Origin: Bacteroidales bacterium
Lineage (GTDB): Bacteria > Bacteroidota > Bacteroidia > Bacteroidales > UBA12077
Direction: 5' to 3'
NCBI GenBank assembly: GCA_028282585.1
Contig: JANQHR010000022.1
Coordinates: forward strand, 1 to 29,195
DNA length: 29,195 nt
This document shows positions 8,892 to 16,661 of this stretch, piece by piece. Within the stretch, counting starts at the first letter, position 1, and each line of letters opens with the position of its first letter. A program made the translations under genes and the position numbers. The notes below the pieces were generated by a model, which was not told where the DNA came from, ran no database searches, and saw only the letters and a list, made by a program, of their open reading frames with translations.

Positions 8892-9965
8892 CTAATTCGA
8901 CTTTCTATCGAATGAATATCTTAACGAAAATACATTGGAATATAACGCAATGGACTGATCTCCGATATCGGTTATAGCATAATCAATACTAACTCCTTTA
9001 AACTGGATTCCAATTCCAAAGTTAGGTTGAAAAGTCATTGATTCTTTATTTTCAAATTCTACTATTCTTTGAAAATTCCCAACACCAAAACGAATAAAAA
9101 CTAACTGATTATAATTAATTTCAATGCCAATGTTAGGATCAATACTGATAGGATCTCCTTCGATCAAGACGCGTCTTTGCCCATCAAAAGTAAAATCCAG
9201 ATCAATTTCTGCTAATGCCTTAAACTTGTTATAAATTGTAAAATCTCTTGATACTCCTAGCAAAACTCTTGGCAATGTAATTTCTAATGAATTATCAGGA
9301 GCAAAATTAAATACCGAATCCTGAACCTCAATAATTAATTCATCTTCATTAAATGTCCAAGCATTAAAAGTCGAAGTAACGTCCCTTGCCATTAATCCAA
9401 ACTTCCAGCTATTAAATTTATATTGTAGTCCGAAATCTAACCCAAACCCCCAAGCTGAAGCGAACTCTCCAATATTTCGATAAATAATTTTAACATTTGC
9501 TCCATAAGATAAGTTAGGATATTTTGAATTTCGCGCATAACTTAATAAAAACGCATAATCAGCTGCTGAAAACCGAGAAATTCGATCATAATCTAAATTC
9601 CCATCACTATCTATTAAATCCGTTGTGTTTGGAATATCATCCACTCCAAATCTAATAACAGTTGCTCCTATATAACTATTAGTATCTAATTGCATTGCCC
9701 CGCCCAAATAATCATACTTAGCTATCCCTGCAAAATATTCCGCATGCATTAAACCAGCATCAAAATCTGTTTGCAAAGAAGTTAAACCGGCCGGATTCCA
9801 ATAACCTGAAGTTACGTCACTTGTATTGGCAACCATAGCATTTGACATACTTAAAGACCTTGCTCCAACACCAATAGATAGAAATTCGTTACTATACTTA
9901 GCTGTTTGTGAGTAAGCAATATTTGTAATTAGAATTAAAACCGGTATAAGTATCCTTCGCCCCAT
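8892..9965 (-). CDS. PorV/PorQ-family (PorV2-like) FadL-type beta-barrel of the T9SS; start most likely 9965 rather than 10031
   Basis: From Met at 9965: signal peptide ending AYS-Q, then KYSNEFLSIGVGARSLSM...YWNPAGL and a C-terminal barrel strand SNVFSLRYSF. Confidence 0.8.
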   Translation of the reverse strand: MGRRILIPVLILITNIAYSQTAKYSNEFLSIGVGARSLSMSNAMVANTSDVTSGYWNPAGLTSLQTDFDAGLMHAEYFAGIAKYDYLGGAMQLDTNSYIGATVIRFGVDDIPNTTDLIDSDGNLDYDRISRFSAADYAFLLSYARNSKYPNLSYGANVKIIYRNIGEFASAWGFGLDFGLQYKFNSWKFGLMARDVTSTFNAWTFNEDELIIEVQDSVFNFAPDNSLEITLPRVLLGVSRDFTIYNKFKALAEIDLDFTFDGQRRVLIEGDPISIDPNIGIEINYNQLVFIRFGVGNFQRIVEFENKESMTFQPNFGIGIQFKGVSIDYAITDIGDQSIALYSNVFSLRYSFDRKSN

Positions 9966-10047
9966 CAATTTTTCGGGAATGTTAAATATTTTTCTGTGGA
10001 TAAACTTAGTAATTAATAAAATATTTATCAAACTATATTTTTTAACT

Positions 10048-10055
10048 TATTTTTG
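10048..10055 (+). promoter_or_regulatory. Bacteroidota -7 box for pssA-purS
   Basis: TATTTTTG, 34 nt upstream of ATG 10090. Confidence 0.45.
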
Positions 10056-10089
10056 CTAGAAATATTGTTACTTAAAGCACAAATATATC

Positions 10090-10839
10090 ATGCCAGTTCG
10101 TATTAAGAAACACATCCCTAACTCTATTACTTCATTAAATTTATTATCGGGGTGTATCTCCATAGTTTTGGCATTTGAAGGTTATTTAATATTTGCAGTT
10201 TATATGATTTTTCTTGCGGCTTTTTTTGATTTTTTGGACGGAATGTCGGCTCGTATATTAGATGCTTATTCGAAAGTAGGTAAAGAATTGGATTCGTTAG
10301 CAGATGTTATAAGTTTTGGAGTTGCACCGTCAATAATTGTGTTCCACATGATGAAAGTTGCACTTTTTAAAACAGTTCATTTTCCCCCAATTGAGAGTTT
10401 AAATTTAACGGAAGTAATATTTCTTTTAATTCCTTTTTTTATTGCCGTTTTATCTGGAGTTCGATTGGCTAAGTTTAATGTTGATGAAAGGCAAATCGAG
10501 AGTTTCATTGGTTTAGCTGTACCGGCTAATGCATTATTCTTCGCATCAATTTATTTAGTTAGTATTTCTACAATCAATGATTTTTTAATCAGTTCTTTTA
10601 AAAATGAATATATTTTATCGATAGTTATAATTTTATTTTCATTACTACTTGTATCAAATATTCCTATGTTTTCTTTAAAGTTTAAAAGTCTGGGTTTAAA
10701 AGAAAATAAAATTCGATATATTTTTATTGTGTTATCTCTGATATTATTAATATTATTGCATACTATAGCAGTTCCGATAATAATAGCTATATATGTCTTA
10801 TTATCAGCTATAAATAACTGGATTTTTAACTTTGATTAA
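10090..10839 (+). CDS. pssA: CDP-diacylglycerol--serine O-phosphatidyltransferase
   Basis: IPNSIT.LN, CDP-alcohol phosphotransferase motif DFLDGMSAR...GKELDSLAD.ISFGVAP, RLAKFN and FIGLAVPA. Confidence 0.93.
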   Translation: MPVRIKKHIPNSITSLNLLSGCISIVLAFEGYLIFAVYMIFLAAFFDFLDGMSARILDAYSKVGKELDSLADVISFGVAPSIIVFHMMKVALFKTVHFPPIESLNLTEVIFLLIPFFIAVLSGVRLAKFNVDERQIESFIGLAVPANALFFASIYLVSISTINDFLISSFKNEYILSIVIILFSLLLVSNIPMFSLKFKSLGLKENKIRYIFIVLSLILLILLHTIAVPIIIAIYVLLSAINNWIFNFD

Positions 10840-10849
10840 ATATAAAAAA

Positions 10850-11104
10850 ATGAAATTTATTGCCGAAATTAATGTAATGCCTTTAAAAGCCTTATTAGAT
10901 CCTCAAGGAAAAGCTGTTACTCAAAGCATGAAAAATATTGGTTTTACTGAAGTTTCAAATGTTCGTATTGGTAAACACATAACTTTAGAAATTGAAGCTG
11001 CAAGTAAAGAAATTGCAATGGAAAGAGTTAATGAAGCTTGCAATAAAATATTATCGAATCCAATTATGGAAGGGTTTGACTATACTTTAAAAGAAGTAAA
11101 ATAA
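10850..11104 (+). CDS. purS: Phosphoribosylformylglycinamidine synthase subunit PurS (start at ATG 10850)
   Basis: LLDPQGKAV, VRIGKHI and LSNPIME motifs. Confidence 0.95.
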   Translation: MKFIAEINVMPLKALLDPQGKAVTQSMKNIGFTEVSNVRIGKHITLEIEAASKEIAMERVNEACNKILSNPIMEGFDYTLKEVK

Positions 11105-11113
11105 TTCAATATA

Positions 11114-12226
11114 TTATTCTTTCTTTTTGGAAGAAGTAAGTTTATTCATTACTTCAGTTTGTCTTTGGATAGATTCTTTATGAACAAGCTGAAGTAATTT
11201 TTTTATAAAATCTTCTGTTAAGCCTAGTTTTTTACCTAATTTCATTCTTGTCTCAATAATTTTTTCCCATCGACGAAGTTGAAGAATAGTTACTTCATTC
11301 TGGCTCTTATATTTACCTATTTCCTCAACAATATTCATTCTTTGTGATAAAAGCTCTAACATTTGTTGATCAATAGAATCTATTTGACTTCTCAAAGTTT
11401 CTAAAACATTTGTAAAGTCCTCATCTTTTGTTGTCGATCTTCTATAAATTAAATTCTCAATTAACGCTCCTAATTGATTAGGTGTTAATTGCTGATTCAT
11501 ATCACTCAAAGCAACGTTCGGATTATAATGAGTTTCAATCATCAAACCATCCATATTTAAGTCGAGAGCTTTTTGTGCAATTTCCGGAATGTATTCAGTA
11601 TTACCAGCGATATGGCTTGGGTCACATAGAATTGGCAAAGTATTGCAAATGCTTTTAAGTTCTATCGGAATTTCCCATTTTGGAATATTTCTTAGTGTTG
11701 TTGCCTCAAATGGGAAAAAACCACGATGAACTGCTGCTAATTTATTAATCCCAGCTTTATGAAAACGTTCTAAAGCACCCACCCATAAGTTAACATCCGG
11801 ATTAATCGGATTTTTAACAAGAACCGGTTTAGTAAAACCTTTTAATGAATCTGCAAGTTCTTGCACCGAAAATGGATTTGAAGTAGTTCGTGCACCAACC
11901 CAAAGAATATCAATATTATATTTTATTGCCAGTTTTACATGTTCCTCATTTGCAACTTCTACTGCAAGAAGAAATCCATATTCTTGTTTTACCTGCTGTA
12001 ACCATTTTAAACCATCTTCACCAACACCTTCGAAATTGTCCGGACGAGTTCTCGGTTTCCAAATTCCTGAACGAAATATTTTTACTTTACCTAAATCTGC
12101 TATATCCTTAGCTGTTTGCATAATCTGTGATTCAGATTCTGCACTACATGGACCAGCAATAATCAACGGATTGTCTATACCTGGAAACCATTTATTTATA
12201 CTAGGTGTATTTTTTAGTTTTGCCAT
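11114..12226 (-). CDS. Bifunctional DAHP synthase (type I-beta-like) / chorismate mutase type II
   Basis: IAGPCSAES, WKPRTRP, GARTT.NPF, VKNP and CDPSH. C-terminal CM domain LRSQIDSIDQQMLELLSQRM. Confidence 0.93.
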   Translation of the reverse strand: MAKLKNTPSINKWFPGIDNPLIIAGPCSAESESQIMQTAKDIADLGKVKIFRSGIWKPRTRPDNFEGVGEDGLKWLQQVKQEYGFLLAVEVANEEHVKLAIKYNIDILWVGARTTSNPFSVQELADSLKGFTKPVLVKNPINPDVNLWVGALERFHKAGINKLAAVHRGFFPFEATTLRNIPKWEIPIELKSICNTLPILCDPSHIAGNTEYIPEIAQKALDLNMDGLMIETHYNPNVALSDMNQQLTPNQLGALIENLIYRRSTTKDEDFTNVLETLRSQIDSIDQQMLELLSQRMNIVEEIGKYKSQNEVTILQLRRWEKIIETRMKLGKKLGLTEDFIKKLLQLVHKESIQRQTEVMNKLTSSKKKE

Positions 12227-12282
12227 ATTCGAAATCTGATATAAAGATATAAATAATAAAAAAGGTAGTTATTCCAAAAGGA

Positions 12283-12366
12283 GTCATTCTGAACAAAGTG
12301 AAGGAATCTATACAATACAACCTACATATTACCAAAAGATTGCTTCTTTGTTTCTCATCACAACAG
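12283..12366. repeat. Decayed REP-like palindromic element (GTCATTCTGA...AATCT / AGATTGCTTC... type)
   Basis: gtcattctgaacaaagtgaaggaatct ... agattgcttctttgtttctcatcacaac. Resembles widespread GTCATT...GAATCT / AGATT...AATGAC extragenic palindromes, with the right arm degraded. Confidence 0.45.
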
Positions 12367-12407
12367 CAAATAGTAAGAAATTCATGGTAGCGGCTTATGG
12401 TGTTTAA

Positions 12408-12439
12408 CAGAAAACTTACTCTTTTAAACTTAGTAAGTC
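12408..12439 (-). terminator. Probable terminator of the MNT-HEPN operon
   Basis: Minus strand gacttact-N11-agtaagtt followed by ttctgtt, directly after the HEPN stop. Confidence 0.45.
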
Positions 12440-12440
12440 G

Positions 12441-12845
12441 TTACTTCCCTGGTTTTAAAAATGTTTCTATTCTGTCCACAAATAATTTCATTTCATCATA
12501 TAATTCAGTCACATCTTCTTTTTCGAATTCAACAAATGCGTCATAATCACTTATAGTTCTATTCTCAAATGCTTTTCTAAGAATTTTGCCAAAAGTTCTT
12601 TCGATTTTCTCCGTGTAAATAAATTCTTTGTTGAACCATCCAATTAATTGTTGATGTTTTGATGTTTCATATCCATATTTCAATCCAAGCGCCAGTAAAG
12701 AATAAAAAATACCATAATAAATCCTATTGAAAGCTGCAGGGTACTTGTCGTTTTCAATCAATAATTCAATTACACTAAAAGTTTCCTTTGCCTGCTTAAT
12801 TCTATACTTAATTAATTCATTTTTATCCGCTTCATTCATAGTCAT
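12441..12845 (-). CDS. HEPN domain protein (PF05168/UPF0332 type), partner of the MNT
   Basis: AFNRIYYGIFY, SKH..LIGWFNKEFI and R...DYD motifs. ATGA overlap with the MNT stop. Confidence 0.9.
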   Translation of the reverse strand: MTMNEADKNELIKYRIKQAKETFSVIELLIENDKYPAAFNRIYYGIFYSLLALGLKYGYETSKHQQLIGWFNKEFIYTEKIERTFGKILRKAFENRTISDYDAFVEFEKEDVTELYDEMKLFVDRIETFLKPGK

Positions 12846-13162
12846 ATATAAATTCCTTTTTTAATTGCATTCTGGAATATTGGTTGTTTCCCCCTTATTG
12901 TGTTTAATTCATTCTTTGAAATAGTATGGGCGTCGATTAAAATTTCATATTTCAATTCAATATCATAACAATAATCTGATATTCTTCTTTTCAAAATTCT
13001 ATCGGCTTTCCTATTCAGAACTATTAAAATATCATAATCCGAATCAATATTAGATGAATTATCCGATTGTGAACCAAATAAAATAACCCTATCAATTTCT
13101 GGACCTACGTTGGTTATTAGGTGTTTTTTTAATTCTTTTAATATTTTAATTTTATCACGCAT
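12842..13162 (-). CDS. Minimal nucleotidyltransferase (MNT)
   Basis: VILFGS-x-DSDYDILIV (GS...DxD). 106 aa, ending in IKKGIYI. Confidence 0.92.
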   Translation of the reverse strand: MRDKIKILKELKKHLITNVGPEIDRVILFGSQSDNSSNIDSDYDILIVLNRKADRILKRRISDYCYDIELKYEILIDAHTISKNELNTIRGKQPIFQNAIKKGIYI

Positions 13163-13306
13163 AAATTATTTTTTACCAAAATAATACATTTCTATTCTTT
13201 TATCAAAGTGTTGCCAAGTGTAATACTTTAAAATGTTTCGAATAAAAATTGAATTTATACCACTATTACATTGCACAGACATTATTCTTGTGTAACGAGC
13301 TCTAAG

Positions 13307-13328
13307 TACGAGGGTTTAAACCTTCGTA
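13307..13328. repeat. 22-bp near-perfect palindrome (REP-like)
   Basis: tacgagggtttaaaccttcgta with one mismatch, among other small inverted repeats in 13271-13411. Confidence 0.5.
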
Positions 13329-13469
13329 GAGTTTATTTGTAAAAGCACGGAGCGTGATACATGCACTAACTAGAGTTTAACTAAATGGTATAATTTAGGC
13401 TAGACTAAGCCAATGTTTAAAACAAACAATAATGTTCAGAAAATCAGATATTACAATAAGTGTAGGCGT

Positions 13470-13507
13470 AAAAAAAGGCCTAATAGGATTTATTCCTATC
13501 AGACCTT
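13470..13507 (-). terminator. Intrinsic terminator of the cydAB(X) operon
   Basis: Minus strand aaggtctgatagga-ataaa-tcctattaggcctt followed by a T-run. 14-bp stem fully paired when G-U is allowed. Confidence 0.85.
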
Positions 13508-13527
13508 ACTTATATAGAATTAAAATC

Positions 13528-13632
13528 TTATTTTTCTTCGTACTTTTTTACTGCAAAAGCTGAAATTTTATAGCTTACCCAAATTAAGATAGGCCATATA
13601 ATTAACCATATTATTTCTGTTAAATATGCCAT
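13528..13632 (-). CDS. Unannotated 34-aa single-TM protein, probable cytochrome bd small subunit (CydX/CydY-like)
   Basis: MAYLTEIIWLIIWPILIWVSYKISAFAVKKYEEK*. Starts 17 nt after the cydB stop and ends before the operon terminator. Trp-rich TM helix with a charged tail. Confidence 0.8.
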   Translation of the reverse strand: MAYLTEIIWLIIWPILIWVSYKISAFAVKKYEEK

Positions 13633-13649
13633 AATAATTCATTTTTCAA

Positions 13650-14780
13650 TTAATAAACGTGCGTGTCTTCACTCATTTCTTCAGCATTTATTTTCTTATT
13701 ATTAATAGATTTCCATGCATACCAAATATATGCTATAACAAATGGAACCATTAATGAAACATACGTCATTGCTTTTAATGTATATTTGCTTGATGATGCA
13801 TTTTCAATAGTTAATGAACTTTGAAGATCGTAAGTTGAAGGATAAAATGAAGTATTGTTAAATCCTGCTATTAAAAATAAAGCTAAAACGGTAAATATTG
13901 TTCCTGCTCCAGAAAACCATATTCCATTTGAGGTTGTTTTTAAAATAGATATTCCAATACCGTATAACACAAGTACAACACCAAGCAAGAAGATAATCAA
14001 TACCAACGGCATTTGAATGAAATTGTGTAAATACTTATACGGTTCATAAAACACTTCTTTACTTGTCGGATCATAGGCAAATCCATCTATAAACATTAAC
14101 CAAATAACAAACACTAAAAAGAAAACAACAAATGGAATTGCATTAACAATCAATTGTTTTTTAGATCTCTTTAAAATATTTTCATCTTCAACATTATTCA
14201 TAAAATAAAGAATTGCCAACACTCTTGCCAAAAAGAAAACTGCTAATCCTAATGAAAGGTTGTGAACATTCAGTGCTAATTCCAAGCCTCTCGCCGCACC
14301 TTCCCACCTCGAAAAATTCATTTCGTTTATAGAAAATTCCGATCCGGTAAAAAAGGTAGCAACCGCCGTACCAAGTAAAATGGTTCCTAATGCACCATTT
14401 ATAAATAGAAAAACTTCATAAGTTTTTGCGCCTAAAAAGTTATCGGGTTTTGACCTGTATTCATATGAAATAGCTTGAATTATAAATGCAAATAAGATCA
14501 GCATCCATACCCAATAAGCACCTCCAAAACTTGTAGAATAAAACAGCGGGAAAGATGCAAAGAATGCTCCACCAAATGTTACTAAAGTTGTAAAAGTAAA
14601 TTCCCATTTACGACCTAAAGAATTTACTAATATCCTTCGTTCCATATCAGTTTTCCCGAGAGAATATATTAAAGTCTGTCCGCCTTGTACAAAAAGAAGA
14701 AAAACAAGAATAGCTCCCAATAGTGAAATAATGATCCACCAATATTGCTGCAATAGCAGATGTGATAAATTTTCAAACAT
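13650..14780 (-). CDS. cydB: Cytochrome bd ubiquinol oxidase subunit II
   Basis: LLFVQGGQ, GRKWEFTFTTLVTFGGAFFASFP and SLTIENASSS. Adjacent to cydA. Confidence 0.97.
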   Translation of the reverse strand: MFENLSHLLLQQYWWIIISLLGAILVFLLFVQGGQTLIYSLGKTDMERRILVNSLGRKWEFTFTTLVTFGGAFFASFPLFYSTSFGGAYWVWMLILFAFIIQAISYEYRSKPDNFLGAKTYEVFLFINGALGTILLGTAVATFFTGSEFSINEMNFSRWEGAARGLELALNVHNLSLGLAVFFLARVLAILYFMNNVEDENILKRSKKQLIVNAIPFVVFFLVFVIWLMFIDGFAYDPTSKEVFYEPYKYLHNFIQMPLVLIIFLLGVVLVLYGIGISILKTTSNGIWFSGAGTIFTVLALFLIAGFNNTSFYPSTYDLQSSLTIENASSSKYTLKAMTYVSLMVPFVIAYIWYAWKSINNKKINAEEMSEDTHVY

Positions 14781-14781
14781 A

Positions 14782-16347
14782 TTAATGTCCTCCTTCTTTT
14801 GGTCCGATTTTAATTTGCTTTATCATTATTTTCAGCTCAGCTATCAGCAGCGCTGTAAAAATTACAGTGAACAGCCAAAATGTAATCTGAACTGCACTTG
14901 CATCGATATGTGAAACTGCTGCCACTGTTGGTAAGAGATCTTGAATGACCCAGGGTTGTCGTCCAAATTCAGCAACAATCCAACCTGACATTGAAGCAAT
15001 GTAAGCCAACGGAATTGTGAATATTGCTAATCGCAACAACCAACGCTTTTCAACTAATTTACCTCTAAAAATTAAAATAATAACAGCCACAAAAAGAATG
15101 ATGAAATAAAATCCTAATCCCACCATGATATGAAAGCTATAAAAAGTTAATGGCACATTAGGTATTATACTTTTAGGATCATTTAAGAATCCATATCCAA
15201 AATATTTAAAGTTCTCTCTAAAAACCTCTAATGATTCTTCTTGCTTTTTAATATCTTCAATTTCCTTTGCATCTTTGTATTCTGCTAATGCATTAATTGC
15301 AATTTTCCCTTTTTCAATTTTTTGCTGGGCAGATATGGCAATTTGTTTTTCGCCATTTTCACCTGTATACTCAAAGCCTCCTTCCATTAAGTCTTTTACA
15401 CCAGGCACAAAGGCTTCCGTATCTCCATAACCAAGGAAAGAAAGTAATTGAGGGATTTCAAATTTAAATACAAACTCATCTTTATTATCGTCAAATTCCT
15501 TTCCTGGTGTTGGTACGCCTATTACCACGATTCCTGCCTCTGTTTTTCCATTATATAACCCTTCCATGGCAGCCAGCTTCATAGGTTGTTTCTGTGCTAC
15601 CTGGTAAGCAGAACCATCGCCTGTGTAAACCAAAAATAAACTACTTAACAGCCCAAAAACGGATGCGATTATAATACTTCTTTTTGCCATGACTTGCTCC
15701 CTGCCTTTTAGTAAGAACCAAGCACTTACTCCGATAACAAATATTGCAGATAATACATACGCTGAAGTAACTGTATGCAAGAATTTATTTATCGCAACAG
15801 GGGATAAGATTACATCCCAGAAATTTATCATTTCATTTCGGGCCATTTCCGGATTAAATTGCATTCCGGTTGGAAACTGCATCCATCCGTTTGCTACCAA
15901 AATCCAAAGAGCTGATAAGTTAGAACCAATTGCAACTAACCAAGTAGAAATTAAATGAAATTTCTTACTTACTTTGTTCCAGCCAAAAAACATAATTGCA
16001 ATAAAAGTGGATTCCATAAAGAAAGCCATTATACCTTCTATTGCTAAAGGAGCTCCAAAAATATCTCCCACAAACCAAGAGTAATAAGACCAGTTTGTGC
16101 CAAACTCAAACTCAAGAATTATACCTGTTGCCACCCCAATGACAAAGTTAATCCCGAATAAAGTCATCCAAAATTTCGTAGCTTTTTTCCATTCCGGATC
16201 ACCTGTTTTAACATACAATGTTTCCATAAAAGCTATTATAAAAGTAATCCCTAATGTAAGAGGGACAAATAGCCAATGATACATTGCCGTAAGTGCAAAT
16301 TGTGCCCTCGACCAATTGACCAGAGCAGAATCAAGATGTTCAATCAT
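14782..16347 (-). CDS. cydA: Cytochrome bd ubiquinol oxidase subunit I (long Q-loop)
   Basis: SRAQFALTAMYHWLF, EFEFGTNW, LAIEG, FLHTV, QPMKLAAME, FHIMV and EFGRQPW. Confidence 0.98.
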   Translation of the reverse strand: MIEHLDSALVNWSRAQFALTAMYHWLFVPLTLGITFIIAFMETLYVKTGDPEWKKATKFWMTLFGINFVIGVATGIILEFEFGTNWSYYSWFVGDIFGAPLAIEGIMAFFMESTFIAIMFFGWNKVSKKFHLISTWLVAIGSNLSALWILVANGWMQFPTGMQFNPEMARNEMINFWDVILSPVAINKFLHTVTSAYVLSAIFVIGVSAWFLLKGREQVMAKRSIIIASVFGLLSSLFLVYTGDGSAYQVAQKQPMKLAAMEGLYNGKTEAGIVVIGVPTPGKEFDDNKDEFVFKFEIPQLLSFLGYGDTEAFVPGVKDLMEGGFEYTGENGEKQIAISAQQKIEKGKIAINALAEYKDAKEIEDIKKQEESLEVFRENFKYFGYGFLNDPKSIIPNVPLTFYSFHIMVGLGFYFIILFVAVIILIFRGKLVEKRWLLRLAIFTIPLAYIASMSGWIVAEFGRQPWVIQDLLPTVAAVSHIDASAVQITFWLFTVIFTALLIAELKIMIKQIKIGPKEGGH

Positions 16348-16504
16348 TGTTTATATTTTTAGGTTTAGTTAATTGCTCAATTACATATTTTGTTTTTCCT
16401 AATCACTTTCGCGCTTACTGTTTAAAAAGTTTTTACCTTAAGTCATGTTCTTAAATCCCTCCATATAAAAAGAAATACATGTTTGAATATTTTCTCTGTT
16501 TCAT
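16340..16504 (-). pseudogene. DUF4492 family gene remnant upstream of cydA
   Basis: Minus strand reads ...SFYMEGFKNMT*GK-NFLNSKRESD*EK / (frameshift) KYVIEQLTKPK. This matches both ends of DUF4492 (FY.eGF..MT.GK ... NFL ... YV.eqL) but lacks the central TM, and has 2 in-frame stops plus frameshifts. Confidence 0.75.
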
Positions 16505-16523
16505 CTAAAATAGTTTTGTAACC

Positions 16524-16531
16524 CAAATATA
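16524..16531 (-). promoter_or_regulatory. Bacteroidota -7 box for the (DUF4492)-cydAB-small protein operon
   Basis: TATATTTG on the minus strand, 19 nt upstream of the remnant's ATG at 16504. Confidence 0.6.
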
Positions 16532-16599
16532 AGAAAAATAAAAAAAGGTAATAAAGTGCATGTTTCCTAAAATTTAGTATTATTTCAATAAAACATACT

Positions 16600-16631
16600 A
16601 AAAATGTACTTAATCAAACAGTTAAGTGCAT
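16600..16631 (-). terminator. Probable terminator of the type-B CTD gene
   Basis: Minus strand atgcacttaa-N8-ttaagtacat followed by tttt (one mismatch in the stem). Confidence 0.5.
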
Positions 16632-16661
16632 TACGGCAGATATTTAATTTTTAAAACTATT

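Noticed and set aside
9966-10031. 22-residue N-terminal extension of the PorV-like ORF
   Set aside because: The signal peptide begins at Met 9965, so the extension is likely promoter or UTR. Likewise the extensions of purS (10832), birA (24259) and coaD (28867).
13568-13642. Alternative 24-codon frame after cydB (MNYYGIFNRNN...)
   Set aside because: No TM or coding character. The overlapping 34-aa frame is far more plausible.
16340-16504. Stop-codon readthrough or recoding to rescue DUF4492
   Set aside because: Two different stops, frameshifts and loss of the TM segment indicate decay. Other genes here use standard TAA, TAG and TGA stops.
16573-16602. tttagtat...atactaaa inverted repeat upstream of the cyd promoter as an oxygen-regulator site
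   Set aside because: AT-only arms that are likely by chance at this composition, with no match to an FNR, Rex or ArcA consensus I can support.
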